Origin: Planctomycetota bacterium
GTDB taxonomy: Bacteria; Planctomycetota; PLA2; JAEUHO01
DNA: 64,000 bases
NCBI GenBank assembly: GCA_050248855.1
Contig: JBFWRP010000005.1
Span: 64,001-128,000 of the forward strand
Direction: 5' to 3'
Part shown: positions 1 to 9,247 of the stretch, piece after piece
Position numbering within the stretch: position 1 is the first letter of the stretch
Layout: each line of letters opens with the position of its first letter
Made by a program: the position numbers and the translations under genes
The notes under the pieces: generated by a model
The model's input: the letters and a program-made list of their open reading frames with translations, nothing else
Told to the model about the DNA's origin: nothing
Database searches by the model: none

Positions 1-1536
1 GAGATCCTCGACGGGCCGGCCGCCGTCTTCCAAGGCGCCGGCGGCACGACCACGCGCGTCACGTCCAACGCCGACGGCATTGCCGAGCTCGTCGTGCGCA
101 ACACGGCGGGCGCACCGGGCGTCAACCGCATCAAGATCACGGCGGTAGGCGGCTTCTACGGCGAGTCCTGCCCCCGCTCGCAGATCGTCGAGAAGCGCTG
201 GCAGCGTGTCGCCCTCGAGGTGGCCTGCACGATGCCGGCGACGGCTCCGCTCGGTCGCACCTTCGAGAAGACGATCACCGTCACCAACACGGGGGACGCG
301 CCCGCCGAGAACGTGATCCTCGAGGACACCCCCGGCGGCGCCCTGGCCTTCGCGGGTGGCGTCTCGTTCCCCATGGATCTCGGCACGATTCCCGCGGGCG
401 AGACCGTCACGCGCACGATCACGATGGTCGGCAACGCGGCCGGCACGTTCACCAACGACGTGACCGCTCGCGGCGGCACGGCGAGCGCCCAGAGCGGCTG
501 CGCGGTCGAGATCGTGCAGGGCCAGCTGGAGATCACGAAGGTCTGCGACCCGGCCCGCACGCAGGCTGGCAGCAGCGTCAGCTTCGTCGTGACCGTCTCC
601 AACACGGGCCGCGGCCCGCTCGAGAACGTCGTCGTGACCGACCGCTACCCGGCCGGCATCACGCCCGCCAGCCAGGACCGCACCACGCTCGGCACGCTGC
701 TGCCCGGCGAGAGCCAGGAGGTCGTGTTCGCCGGCGTGGCGAACGAGCCGGGCACCTACACGAACACCGCCGTCGCCACGGCCGACGGCGTGCCCGAGGC
801 CACGGCGACGTGCACGCTCGAGGTGGTGCAGTGCCAGCTCGAGATGCAGCTGATCGGACCCGAGACGATCTACTTCGGCGAGCCCGGCAACTTCACGCTC
901 GAGGTGAAGAACGTCGGCGATGGCGATGCCTCGGGGTGCACCGTGCGCATCACCTACGGCGGCTGCCTGGGCGGCGGCTTCGAGGACTTCGAGATCGGCC
1001 CGCTGGCTCCGGGTGAAGTCTGGCGCAAGGACTGGAGCCGCACGGCGCAGACCGTCGGCCCCTGCTCGATCCGCGCGGACTCCAGCTGCGGCACGAGCTG
1101 CACGAAGTACGCCGAGGGGCAGCTCAGCGTCCACGGCCTGACGGCGCTCCAGGTCGAGATGATCGACAAGGCGCTCGATGGCAGCGAGGAGGGCGTCTTC
1201 CGCGTAGGCGAGACGTTCCTCTACCGCTCCCGCATCGAGAACGACGCCGGCACCGAAGCGACGCCCGAGATGTTCGCGGACTGGATGCTCCCGCCCGAGC
1301 TGGAGTTCATCTCCGGCCGCAGCCTCGACGGCCGCGTGGACGTCACGGGTACGGGCCGCTCCGCCAAGAGCGGCCGCTTCGTCCTGCCCGTCGGCGGCGC
1401 CCTCGACTTCGAGATCACCGTCCGCGCCGTCGCGGCGCCGGCCAGCACGCTCACGAAGACCACCATGAACATCCGCCGCGCCTCGGACGAGGCCGACCTC
1501 GCCGACGAGACCGAGAGCACCACGATCTGGCGATAG
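1..1536 (+). CDS. Cys-rich DUF11 (conserved repeat domain) protein, OmcB-like; 5' end outside window
   Basis: Frame open from base 1. Repeated Ig-like units (TITVTNTGDAPAENVILEDT; VTVSNTGRGPLENVVVTD; EVKNVGDGDA) with many Cys. Confidence 0.8.
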   Translation, partial: EILDGPAAVFQGAGGTTTRVTSNADGIAELVVRNTAGAPGVNRIKITAVGGFYGESCPRSQIVEKRWQRVALEVACTMPATAPLGRTFEKTITVTNTGDAPAENVILEDTPGGALAFAGGVSFPMDLGTIPAGETVTRTITMVGNAAGTFTNDVTARGGTASAQSGCAVEIVQGQLEITKVCDPARTQAGSSVSFVVTVSNTGRGPLENVVVTDRYPAGITPASQDRTTLGTLLPGESQEVVFAGVANEPGTYTNTAVATADGVPEATATCTLEVVQCQLEMQLIGPETIYFGEPGNFTLEVKNVGDGDASGCTVRITYGGCLGGGFEDFEIGPLAPGEVWRKDWSRTAQTVGPCSIRADSSCGTSCTKYAEGQLSVHGLTALQVEMIDKALDGSEEGVFRVGETFLYRSRIENDAGTEATPEMFADWMLPPELEFISGRSLDGRVDVTGTGRSAKSGRFVLPVGGALDFEITVRAVAAPASTLTKTTMNIRRASDEADLADETESTTIWR

Positions 1537-1542
1537 CGCGTG

Positions 1543-1566
1543 GCGGCCCCGGGAAGCCGGGGCCGC
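1543..1566 (+). terminator. GC-rich hairpin downstream of the DUF11 gene (possible terminator)
   Basis: Perfect 10-bp stem GCGGCCCCGG-gaag-CCGGGGCCGC just after the stop; no clear U-tract. Confidence 0.4.
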
Positions 1567-1674
1567 GGCTTCGCGCGGGGTCTGCTCGAAAGGCCCTCCT
1601 CGGGCGCTCGCCGGGGATGATCCCCCGGCGGCGCGCCTCGTGCGCCCGGCCACCTCTCACGCCCGGGGAGTCCC

Positions 1675-3369
1675 ATGAAGTCGGACCTGGAGATCGCCCG
1701 CGAGGCCACGCTGCGCCCGATCGAGGAGATCGGCACCGAAGCCGGCCTGCTCGCTTCGGAGATCGAGCCCTACGGACGCCACATGGCGAAGGTGTCCCTC
1801 GATGCGATCGCGCGCCTCGCCGACCGGCCCCAGGCCCGCTACATCGTCGTGACCGCCATCACGCCGACGCCGCTCGGCGAGGGCAAGACGGTCCACACGA
1901 TCGGCCTCTCGCTCGGCCTTGCCAAGCTGGGCCGCAAGGTGGTGACGTGCATCCGCCAGCCCAGCATGGGCCCGCTGTTCGGCATCAAGGGCGGCGCCGC
2001 CGGCGGCGGCTACAGCCAGGTCGTCCCGATGGAGAGCTTCAACCTCCACCTCACGGGAGACATCCACGCGGTACAGGCCGCGCACAACCTCGTCGCGGCG
2101 CACATCGATGCCTCGGTGCTGCTGGGCAACCGGTTCGATTTCGACCCGGAGGCCATCGCCTGGCGCCGCGTGACGGACACGAACGACCGCGCGCTGCGCG
2201 AGGTCATCACGGGGTTGGGGGGCAAGGACAACGGCGTACCGCGTCGCACGGGGTACGACATCGCGGTGGCCAGCGAGTTCATGGCCGTGCTGGGCCTGGC
2301 CGACGGCCTGAAGGACATGCGCGCCCGGCTCGGCCGCGTCATCGTGGGCTACCGCCGGGACGGCTCCGCCATCACGGCGGAGGACATCCATGCGGCGGGT
2401 GCGGCCACCGTCGTGATGAAGGAGACGATCAAGCCCACGCTGATGCAGACGATCGAGGGCACGCCGTGCTTCGTGCACGCGGGCCCCTTCGCCAACATCG
2501 CGCACGGGAACTCGTCGATCGTGGCCGACCGCATCGCCGTACGCCTCGGCGACTACGTGGTCACGGAAGCAGGCTTCGGCGCCGACATCGGCGCCGAGAA
2601 GTTCTTCAACATCAAGTGCCGTGCGTCGGGCTTGAAGCCCAGCGCGGCGCTGCTCGTCTGCACGGTCCGCGCGCTCAAGAGCCACAGCGGGCGGTTCAAG
2701 ATCGTTCCCGGCAAGGCCTTGCCGAAGGCACTGTTGGAAGAGGACCTCCAGAGCCTTGGCGAGGGCATGTCCAACCTCGAGAAGCAGATCGGGAACGTCC
2801 GCGCGCACGGCCTGCCCGTCGTGGTGGCCATCAACCGTTTCCCGACCGACACCGACGCCGAGCACCGCGCCATCCGGGAGGCCGCCTTGGCCGCAGGCGC
2901 CAGCGGCTGCGAGACAAGCGACGTGTTCATGAAGGGCGGTGAGGGTGGCCTCGCGATCGCACGCGCCATCGAGAAGGCGTGCGAGGAAGGCGCCGACTTC
3001 CGTCACCTCTATCCGCTGGACGCCCCCGTCCGCGAGAAGATCGAGACGATTGCCCGGCGCATGTACGGCGCCGACGGCGTCGACTTCGCGCCGGCGGCCG
3101 ATGGCGACATCGACCGCTACGAGGCGCTCGGGTACGGCCAGCTGCCGATCTGCATGGCCAAGACGCACCTCTCGCTGTCGCACGACGGCGACCTGAAGGG
3201 CCGTCCGACGGGCTTCCGCCTGCCGGTGCGCGAAGTGCGCTTGGCCGCGGGCGCCGGGTTCCTCTACCCGCTCTGCGGCACCATGCGGACCATGCCGGGC
3301 CTGGGCAGCAAGCCGGCCCTGGAGCAGGTGGACCTGGACGCCGACGGCAACGTCGTCGGCCTGTTCTAG
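1675..3369 (+). CDS. fhs: Formate--tetrahydrofolate ligase
   Basis: TAITPTPLGEGKT, FGIKGGAAGGGYSQV, HAGPFANIAHGNSS, VTEAGFGADIGAEKF, CMAKTHLSLS, MRTMPGL motifs; 564 aa. Confidence 0.97.
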   Translation: MKSDLEIAREATLRPIEEIGTEAGLLASEIEPYGRHMAKVSLDAIARLADRPQARYIVVTAITPTPLGEGKTVHTIGLSLGLAKLGRKVVTCIRQPSMGPLFGIKGGAAGGGYSQVVPMESFNLHLTGDIHAVQAAHNLVAAHIDASVLLGNRFDFDPEAIAWRRVTDTNDRALREVITGLGGKDNGVPRRTGYDIAVASEFMAVLGLADGLKDMRARLGRVIVGYRRDGSAITAEDIHAAGAATVVMKETIKPTLMQTIEGTPCFVHAGPFANIAHGNSSIVADRIAVRLGDYVVTEAGFGADIGAEKFFNIKCRASGLKPSAALLVCTVRALKSHSGRFKIVPGKALPKALLEEDLQSLGEGMSNLEKQIGNVRAHGLPVVVAINRFPTDTDAEHRAIREAALAAGASGCETSDVFMKGGEGGLAIARAIEKACEEGADFRHLYPLDAPVREKIETIARRMYGADGVDFAPAADGDIDRYEALGYGQLPICMAKTHLSLSHDGDLKGRPTGFRLPVREVRLAAGAGFLYPLCGTMRTMPGLGSKPALEQVDLDADGNVVGLF

Positions 3370-3377
3370 GCCGAGGG

Positions 3378-4184
3378 GTGCGCGACACGGGCACGCCTCC
3401 GGCGGCACCGATCGACGTTCCGCCCCCGCTGCCGCCGTTTCCGCCCGGGCCTCTGGGTCCCTTGCGCGCGGCTTGGTTCGGCCTGTCGTCCTTCGCATGG
3501 ACCTTCGTCTCGTTCCTGCTGGGCTTGCCGTTCCTGCTGTCCCATCCCAAGACGGGTGGTGACGGCCAGTGGTGCACACGCATCTGGGCAGGCGGGGTGT
3601 TTGCGCTGAACGGGCTGTGGATCCGCGTCCACGGGCGCGAGCATCTGGATCGCCGCACCCCGCGGATGTTCGTGGCCAACCACAGCTCGTTCCTCGACCC
3701 GCCGGCCATGGTTCTCCTGGTCCCTGGACGCAGCCGCTTCCTGCTCAAGCGGGAGCTGCTGAAGATGCCGTTCGTCGGCTGGTACGCGAAGATGTCCAGG
3801 CACTTCCTGATCGACCGCAGCGACCCACGCCAGGCGATGGCCCTGCAACAGCGCGCCGTGGACCAGATCCGCACGCGCGGCCACGTGCCGATCATCTTCC
3901 CGGAAGGGACCCGCAGCGCGGACGGGCGCCTGGCCCCGCTCAAGGCCGGCGCGTTCGACTTGGCGCTGAAGGCAGGTATCGACGTCCAACCCGTGTGGAT
4001 CGAGGGCACCTACCGACGCATGCCGCGCGACGCGATGTACCCACGCCGGGGCGGGCGCGTGCACCTCCACATCGGGCCGCCGATCCGCATCGAGGGGCTC
4101 GCCGGCAGCAGCGGGCGGCGCGCGCTCGCCGAACAGGCCGACGCCGCACTCCGCGCGCTCGAGGCGCAGGCACGCGGCGTCTGA
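3378..4184 (+). CDS. plsC: 1-acyl-sn-glycerol-3-phosphate acyltransferase (lysophospholipid acyltransferase family)
   Basis: NHSSFLD (HxxxxD) and FPEGTRS motifs; N-terminal hydrophobic segment; GTG start at 3378 inferred just after fhs. Confidence 0.88.
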   Translation: MRDTGTPPAAPIDVPPPLPPFPPGPLGPLRAAWFGLSSFAWTFVSFLLGLPFLLSHPKTGGDGQWCTRIWAGGVFALNGLWIRVHGREHLDRRTPRMFVANHSSFLDPPAMVLLVPGRSRFLLKRELLKMPFVGWYAKMSRHFLIDRSDPRQAMALQQRAVDQIRTRGHVPIIFPEGTRSADGRLAPLKAGAFDLALKAGIDVQPVWIEGTYRRMPRDAMYPRRGGRVHLHIGPPIRIEGLAGSSGRRALAEQADAALRALEAQARGV

Positions 4185-4196
4185 CCGGGAAGCGCC

Positions 4197-5156
4197 CTAC
4201 CGCGCGCGCACCAGCCAGTGGGCCGGAAGGCCTCGCCGGGCGACGACATGCTCGACGTCCTTCAGGAACCGCCGCCCGTCGGTCACGTAGCCCGCAGTCG
4301 GACGAACGCCCGGGCAGGCCTCGGCGAACCACGCGTTGAACCGCTCCATGAACAGCTCGCGCACGAGCTTGGCCATCACGCTGGCCCAGGCCACCGCGAG
4401 GTCGTCGCCGTCGGCGCGCGTGCGGAAGGCCAACCACAAGCGGCGGTCGGGAAGCTCGATGCGGTAGCGGCTGGCACGGGCATCGCGCGCAAGCTCCTCC
4501 AGGGGGGCGAAGGGGAAGAGGGCCGACAGCCACGCACGGTAGTCGCGGCGGCCCCCGTGGCGATCGAACACGACGTGGGCGTCCTCGCCCGGGAAGCGAT
4601 CGAGAAGACGCGTCAACAAGCAGCCACCGAAGCGAGCCAGCACGTCGGCCTTCGACGCGCCCTCGACCGCATCGTTGAACGCCGGAACGTCGACCGGCCA
4701 AGCGCGCAAGTCGAGCGCACGCACGCCCTGCGCTGCGAAGCGCCCTGACAGCGGGCCCGTCCACGGGTAGCGCGGCACCCGGCCGCCCTCCAGGTCCGCG
4801 AACCAGGGCAAGGCACGGAACGCGGCGGCGGGAACGTCGCCATGGCGCTCGAGCAGGTCGGCGAGGTCGACGGGGGGCGCGTGGTCCAGCGCCGCGCAGA
4901 ACGCACCGACGGCGCGAGCCAGCCCCACGACGCCATCGCGCGCATGGAGACGCTTGCTGTCGTCGACGGGCACCGGCAGCGCGTCGGCCCCCCGACGCCC
5001 ACGCACGGCGACGACGAACGGCTCGAGCCGTGCCGCGAGAACCGCTCCGGGGTCGTCGTCGGCGCGGAGACCCTCGACGCGCCACGCTGACACGGCGATG
5101 ACCAAGGGCCCCAGGAGCGGCCCGTAGCCGGCTTCGTCGATTCCCAGGTGCAGCAC
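4197..5156 (-). CDS. Ribonuclease HII-like protein (long variant)
   Basis: LGIDEAGYGPLLGPLV, DDSKRL, VAWASVMAKLVRE and TAGYVTD motifs; AGGAGG upstream of GTG at 5156. Confidence 0.75.
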   Translation of the reverse strand: MLHLGIDEAGYGPLLGPLVIAVSAWRVEGLRADDDPGAVLAARLEPFVVAVRGRRGADALPVPVDDSKRLHARDGVVGLARAVGAFCAALDHAPPVDLADLLERHGDVPAAAFRALPWFADLEGGRVPRYPWTGPLSGRFAAQGVRALDLRAWPVDVPAFNDAVEGASKADVLARFGGCLLTRLLDRFPGEDAHVVFDRHGGRRDYRAWLSALFPFAPLEELARDARASRYRIELPDRRLWLAFRTRADGDDLAVAWASVMAKLVRELFMERFNAWFAEACPGVRPTAGYVTDGRRFLKDVEHVVARRGLPAHWLVRAR

Positions 5157-5325
5157 GGGAAACGGGCCTCCTCGCGTCGGATGGCCTGGCATGCCCCGGC
5201 TCGCCCAAGGCGCCGCAAGCCGCAGCCGATCCAAGACCACGGGGTACATTCGTACCCCCCTGTCATGCCCGACGCACGGGACGGACGTCCTGCGCGGCCC
5301 AGGCAGGCCCCTGGGAGGACCGACC

Positions 5326-6756
5326 ATGCGTGAACGCGCTACCAGCCGCTGGCACCGGCTCGCCGTCATCGCGACGGCGCTGGCCGTCGTGGCCGCCGGC
5401 CCCGCGGGCGCGGACGAGGGTCGCTACGTCGTCCGCTACGACGACGCGCGCTCCACGGTCGCCTCCGAGCGCCTGCTCGACAACCTCGAGCGCGCCTTCA
5501 GCGAGGTCCTCGAGGCCAAGCCGGATGCCGTCGCCCTGCGCCACGCGGCAGACCGTCTGGTGGCCTCGCGCGAGATGCACACGGGCCAGATGGCCGAGGC
5601 CGAGGCCACGCGCGTGGCGGTGGAGGAAGCCAAGGCCCGCCTGGAGCGCGACGAGCGCCAGCTGCTGCAGCGCCGCACGACTCCGGCGTGGGAGCAGATG
5701 ACGGCCGCCGAACGGACTGCCCAGGAGAGCCGCGAGAACGAGTACCTCGGGCGCATCCGTGCCGCGCTGGCCAACCGCGAGACCAAGGCGCGGCAGGCCG
5801 AGACCGCCTTGGCCCCCACGCGCGCGCTCCTGGCCGCCTACGGTGGTTCGTGGGGTGCGCTCGCCATCGAGCGGGCCGTGATCGAGCCCCAGCGCATCCT
5901 GCGCCTCTCGGGCACGTCGTGGCAGCGCGCCATGCTGCAGCACGCCGATCGCTTCAACGCGTACGTCGACAGCCGCCACGGTTCGTCGCCGTGCGTGCTG
6001 GCCGAGGCGACGCGTCCCTTGCTCTCGCACCGCATCCCCGCAGGCGCGATGGCCACGGGCATGAACGAGCCGGGTCCGGCCGCGCCGCGCATGGGGCCTG
6101 ACCTGCCCGCACCGGCCCCGGACCAGCCTGCACCGCCCCCGTACGGCCGTCCGGCGCCCTACGACCCCTACGCCCCCACCCCGACCGCACGGCCGTCTAC
6201 CGCGCTAGGCCCGGCCGACGCGCCGGGCCCCGCCGACCCGCTCGGCCCGAGAGGCGCTGGCCGCGACGCGCCCTACGGCGCGCCCGGCGGCGAGTTCGAG
6301 CCCGTGTTCCCCGGCGCCCCCGGCAAGCCGGTGCTCGCCCCCGGTGGCGCGCCGACGCGTGCGCCGCACACGGAGATGCACGGCGGCTTCCTTTGGTACC
6401 TCGACTGGGACGACGCCGCTGCGGAGGCACGTCGGACGGGTCGCCTCGTCTACTGCCTCAGCACGCGCGACCAGTGCCACATGTGCGAGGCCGTGCGGGA
6501 CGAGAGCGTCGCCGCGTACTCGAGCGAGATGCAGCGCTTCTGCGTGGGCTACCTCTACGACATCATGAACCCCGCAAAGGACCCGCGGATCTCGCGCGTC
6601 GATGGGTTCCTGCGAACCAATCTCGTGGGCTATTCGATGATGCCGCTCACCGGTTGGGTCACGCCGGACCTGAAGTGGGTGCATGGATTCCACGGCTGGA
6701 AGAAGCCCGACGACTTCCGCGCGGAGATGACCCGCGCCCGCGCGCTCATGCGGTAG
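5326..6756 (+). CDS. Exported protein: coiled-coil N-region, Pro-rich linker, C-terminal thioredoxin-like domain
   Basis: GGAGG plus ATG at 5326; signal peptide ending AGA-DE; C-terminal WYLDWDDAAAEARRTGRLV...CHMC (CxxC). Confidence 0.7.
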   Translation: MRERATSRWHRLAVIATALAVVAAGPAGADEGRYVVRYDDARSTVASERLLDNLERAFSEVLEAKPDAVALRHAADRLVASREMHTGQMAEAEATRVAVEEAKARLERDERQLLQRRTTPAWEQMTAAERTAQESRENEYLGRIRAALANRETKARQAETALAPTRALLAAYGGSWGALAIERAVIEPQRILRLSGTSWQRAMLQHADRFNAYVDSRHGSSPCVLAEATRPLLSHRIPAGAMATGMNEPGPAAPRMGPDLPAPAPDQPAPPPYGRPAPYDPYAPTPTARPSTALGPADAPGPADPLGPRGAGRDAPYGAPGGEFEPVFPGAPGKPVLAPGGAPTRAPHTEMHGGFLWYLDWDDAAAEARRTGRLVYCLSTRDQCHMCEAVRDESVAAYSSEMQRFCVGYLYDIMNPAKDPRISRVDGFLRTNLVGYSMMPLTGWVTPDLKWVHGFHGWKKPDDFRAEMTRARALMR

Positions 6757-6926
6757 GCAGGCCGATGCTCGCGCCTGGGCGCGCCTCCCAGGCTCTCCCC
6801 TCCCTGCTGCGCTTCAGCCCGGGCCCCGCCCCCAGGTACGATGCCGGGACTCCGGCGGATCCGGCGCCGGGGCTGCGACCGCATCCGGGCGGTCTTCGAC
6901 CTTTCCCGCAAGGAGGATCGACGACC

Positions 6927-7190
6927 ATGACCACTGCTGGACCTGACGTCCCCGTCGCCGAGGGCACGAGGACGGCCCGCGCCTCCGCACGTACGCGGCT
7001 CGCGCTGGCGCTGCTCGCCCTGGGCCTCGCTCCGCTGGCGACCGCCTGCGGCTCGGGCGCCGTCACGGGGGCCGTCCTGGGTGCCGCCGTCGGCGCCGCG
7101 ATCGGCAGCGAGTACGACGAGGACGACTGCTACTACGACGACTGCTACTACTACAAGTCCGGTGACCCGGCGCTCACGTCGAGCTTCTGA
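6927..7190 (+). CDS. Small lipoprotein with glycine zipper and Asp/Tyr/Cys-rich tail
   Basis: AGGAGG plus ATG; lipobox-like LATAC; GAVTGAVLGAAVGAAIG; tail EYDEDDCYYDDCYYYK. Confidence 0.7.
   Translation: MTTAGPDVPVAEGTRTARASARTRLALALLALGLAPLATACGSGAVTGAVLGAAVGAAIGSEYDEDDCYYDDCYYYKSGDPALTSSF
7122..7151 (+). repeat. 15-bp perfect tandem duplication encoding DDCYY x2
   Basis: GACGACTGCTACTAC at 7122-7136 and 7137-7151. Confidence 0.9.
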
Positions 7191-8077
7191 GCCGTACCTG
7201 GCAGGTCCACGAGGCCCGGAGCCAAGCAGTCGACGAGCGGAGGCAGGCCCCTGGGCAGCTCGAAGCTGCCACAGCCTGGCGTCGGGTTGAGGTCCACGGG
7301 CTCGGGTCGACCGTCCACGTGGACGTACTCGACCTTGCCGAAGTCCAAACCGTGCTCGCGCCGCCAACGGTCGATGCGCGTGTCCGTCGGCACGATCTCG
7401 CGTCGCCGGATCCAACGACCCTTGACCAGGGGACGGTCCGCGAACGCCCGCCACGTCAGCGAGCGGTCGCCGAAGAACCACGCCTTGTGCAGCACGTAGC
7501 CGTCTCCGCTCCGTTCGGGCACGAAGCGCTCCACGACCCAGGTCGGGTCGTCCCAGACGGCCGCCGGAACGTCGTCGCGATGGTCGTGGACGGCGTACGC
7601 GGCAGGGTCCGCAGGCGCCCTGAGGCGACGTGCCGCTCGCCGCGCACGAGCCCGTGCGATCGGCCGCAGCGCTTCGGCGTCCGCGCGAAGCCGCGCCCGC
7701 GCCAGCTGAAGCTCGGGGACGCCGCCGTAGTTGAGGTCGGTCTTGACGATGACGGGCCCGTCCCACGTCGAGTCGCGCAGGACGCGCAGCGTGCTGGTCT
7801 TGGACTTGGCGGCATCCACCGCGTGGCCGTTGACGGTACGCGGGAAGCGCTGGCTCCACGCCCGCCAGGCCGCGGGAACGTAGGTCAGGTCCACGTGCAG
7901 AACGGCGAGATCGGCGTCCACGTGGTGCGCCGGGTCGTCGAGCGTCACGACCTCGATGCCCGCGGCTCGCCAGCGTGCGGCCAGATGGCCGAGCACGTAG
8001 AGACGCACGTCCTGCTCGGGCAGGACGAGCAGGGCGACGCGACGAGCCGGACCGCCGTCGCGTCGCCCCGGGTCCAC
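7151..8077 (-). CDS. Hypothetical protein, probable ATP-grasp-like fold
   Basis: PVIVKTDLNYGG, WVVERFVP, GLDFGKVEY and DLNPTPG resemble RimK-type ATP-grasp motifs. Confidence 0.55.
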   Translation of the reverse strand: MDPGRRDGGPARRVALLVLPEQDVRLYVLGHLAARWRAAGIEVVTLDDPAHHVDADLAVLHVDLTYVPAAWRAWSQRFPRTVNGHAVDAAKSKTSTLRVLRDSTWDGPVIVKTDLNYGGVPELQLARARLRADAEALRPIARARARRAARRLRAPADPAAYAVHDHRDDVPAAVWDDPTWVVERFVPERSGDGYVLHKAWFFGDRSLTWRAFADRPLVKGRWIRRREIVPTDTRIDRWRREHGLDFGKVEYVHVDGRPEPVDLNPTPGCGSFELPRGLPPLVDCLAPGLVDLPGTAQKLDVSAGSPDL

Positions 8078-8094
8078 GACGCGCTGCTGGCGCG

Positions 8095-8643
8095 CTACTC
8101 GCCGGCAGGCGGCGCTTCGTCGACGGCGGGTGCCTCGCCGCCGTCCTCCTCGACGACCGCGGTCTCCTCGGCGCCTTCGGCCACGTCGATGGTGACCGTG
8201 CCGTCACCCTGGTCGGTCCACGTCAGCCCGTGGGCCTTCGTGAGGTGGTCCAGCGCCTCGGCGAGGCTCACATCCTTGAAGTCGAGCGTGACCGGACCCA
8301 TGCGCTCACGCGCAGCAGCGCTGACGACGATGTTGACGCCGGCCGTGCGAGCCAAGGCCTCCACGACGCCCAGGCACGTCTCGCTGGTGCAGGCGAGCGA
8401 CTGGAAGCGGTGTCCGTGCAGGCGCTGGGCGGCTTGCTCGGGAGTGAGGGGCTCCGCCGTGCCCGCACGGACATCACCCGTGGGCAGCGTCTCGACGGTG
8501 GACGTGGGTCCCGTGGGCACGGCTTCGACGGGCTGCCAGGCACCAGGCCCGCACGGTGACGGGCAGCAGCGGCTGCGCGCGCAGGCGGCCAAGGTGAGGG
8601 TGCCGGCCAGGGCGACGACGGTGAGCAAGCGGCATGTCTTCAT
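8095..8643 (-). CDS. Lipoprotein with STN-like (secretin/TonB N-terminal) domain
   Basis: Lipobox LAAC; VVEALARTAGVNIVV...VTLDFKDVSLAEALDHL pattern; Cys-rich segment after the lipobox. Confidence 0.65.
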   Translation of the reverse strand: MKTCRLLTVVALAGTLTLAACARSRCCPSPCGPGAWQPVEAVPTGPTSTVETLPTGDVRAGTAEPLTPEQAAQRLHGHRFQSLACTSETCLGVVEALARTAGVNIVVSAAARERMGPVTLDFKDVSLAEALDHLTKAHGLTWTDQGDGTVTIDVAEGAEETAVVEEDGGEAPAVDEAPPAGE

Positions 8644-8764
8644 GGCAGGAAGGTCGACCCGGCACGTCACGGACCAGTCACGGAGCGCCCCGCGGCCCCG
8701 TGCATCGGGGCTGCGGGGCGTGCCGGGGCGCGTGGGCTCGCGCGGGGGCGCCCGGGAAGGCCCC

Positions 8765-8980
8765 TCAGGCGCTGGCGCACTCCTTCTCGAGGCTCTCGAG
8801 CTTCGCGCGGATCTCGCTCTTGGCCTGACCGGTCTTCTCCTCGATCCGACCCACGAGCTGGTCGCGCTTGCCGGCGAGCTGGTCCAGCTCGTCGCCGGTG
8901 AGCCCACCCCAGGTCTCCTGGATCTTGCCGCGCAGCTGCTTCCAGCGACCGCGCCAAATGTCCTTCGTCGACTCGTTCAT
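8765..8980 (-). CDS. csbD: CsbD family stress protein
   Basis: DIWRGRWKQLRGKIQETWGGLTGDELDQLAGKRDQLVGRIEEKTG; AAGGAG RBS. Confidence 0.9.
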   Translation of the reverse strand: MNESTKDIWRGRWKQLRGKIQETWGGLTGDELDQLAGKRDQLVGRIEEKTGQAKSEIRAKLESLEKECASA

Positions 8981-9112
8981 GGGAAGTCTCCTTTCGCGCA
9001 ACGAGGCGCAAGGGGCATGCCGAGGATCTGGCCCGTGCGCGGGCGGGCGACGCGGCGACACCTCCAAGATCGAACGTGCCCCCACGTCACGCGCGGATCT
9101 CGCGCCGTCCCC

Positions 9113-9247
9113 CTACCGCACGCCGCCCCGGAACGGGATGGCGCCGATCTGGAGGTCGTCGTCGTAGACGATCCGACCCGGCTTGGCGGTTCGCAGCACG
9201 CGGACGACGACCCCGTGCTCGCGCAGCATCGTGGCGAGGTGCCTCAT
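9113..9247 (-). CDS. 44-aa ORF translationally coupled to the methyltransferase; probably a gene remnant
   Basis: ATGA overlap with the upstream stop; MRHLATMLREHGVVVRVLRTAKPGRIVYDDDLQIGAIPF reads like the C-terminal half of a larger hypothetical protein. Confidence 0.4.
   Translation of the reverse strand: MRHLATMLREHGVVVRVLRTAKPGRIVYDDDLQIGAIPFRGGVR

Noticed and set aside
1537..1674. ZTP (pfl) or THF riboswitch upstream of fhs
   Set aside because: Two GC-rich hairpins are present (1543-1566, 1609-1630) but I could not match the conserved riboswitch motifs; an Rfam/Infernal scan would settle it.
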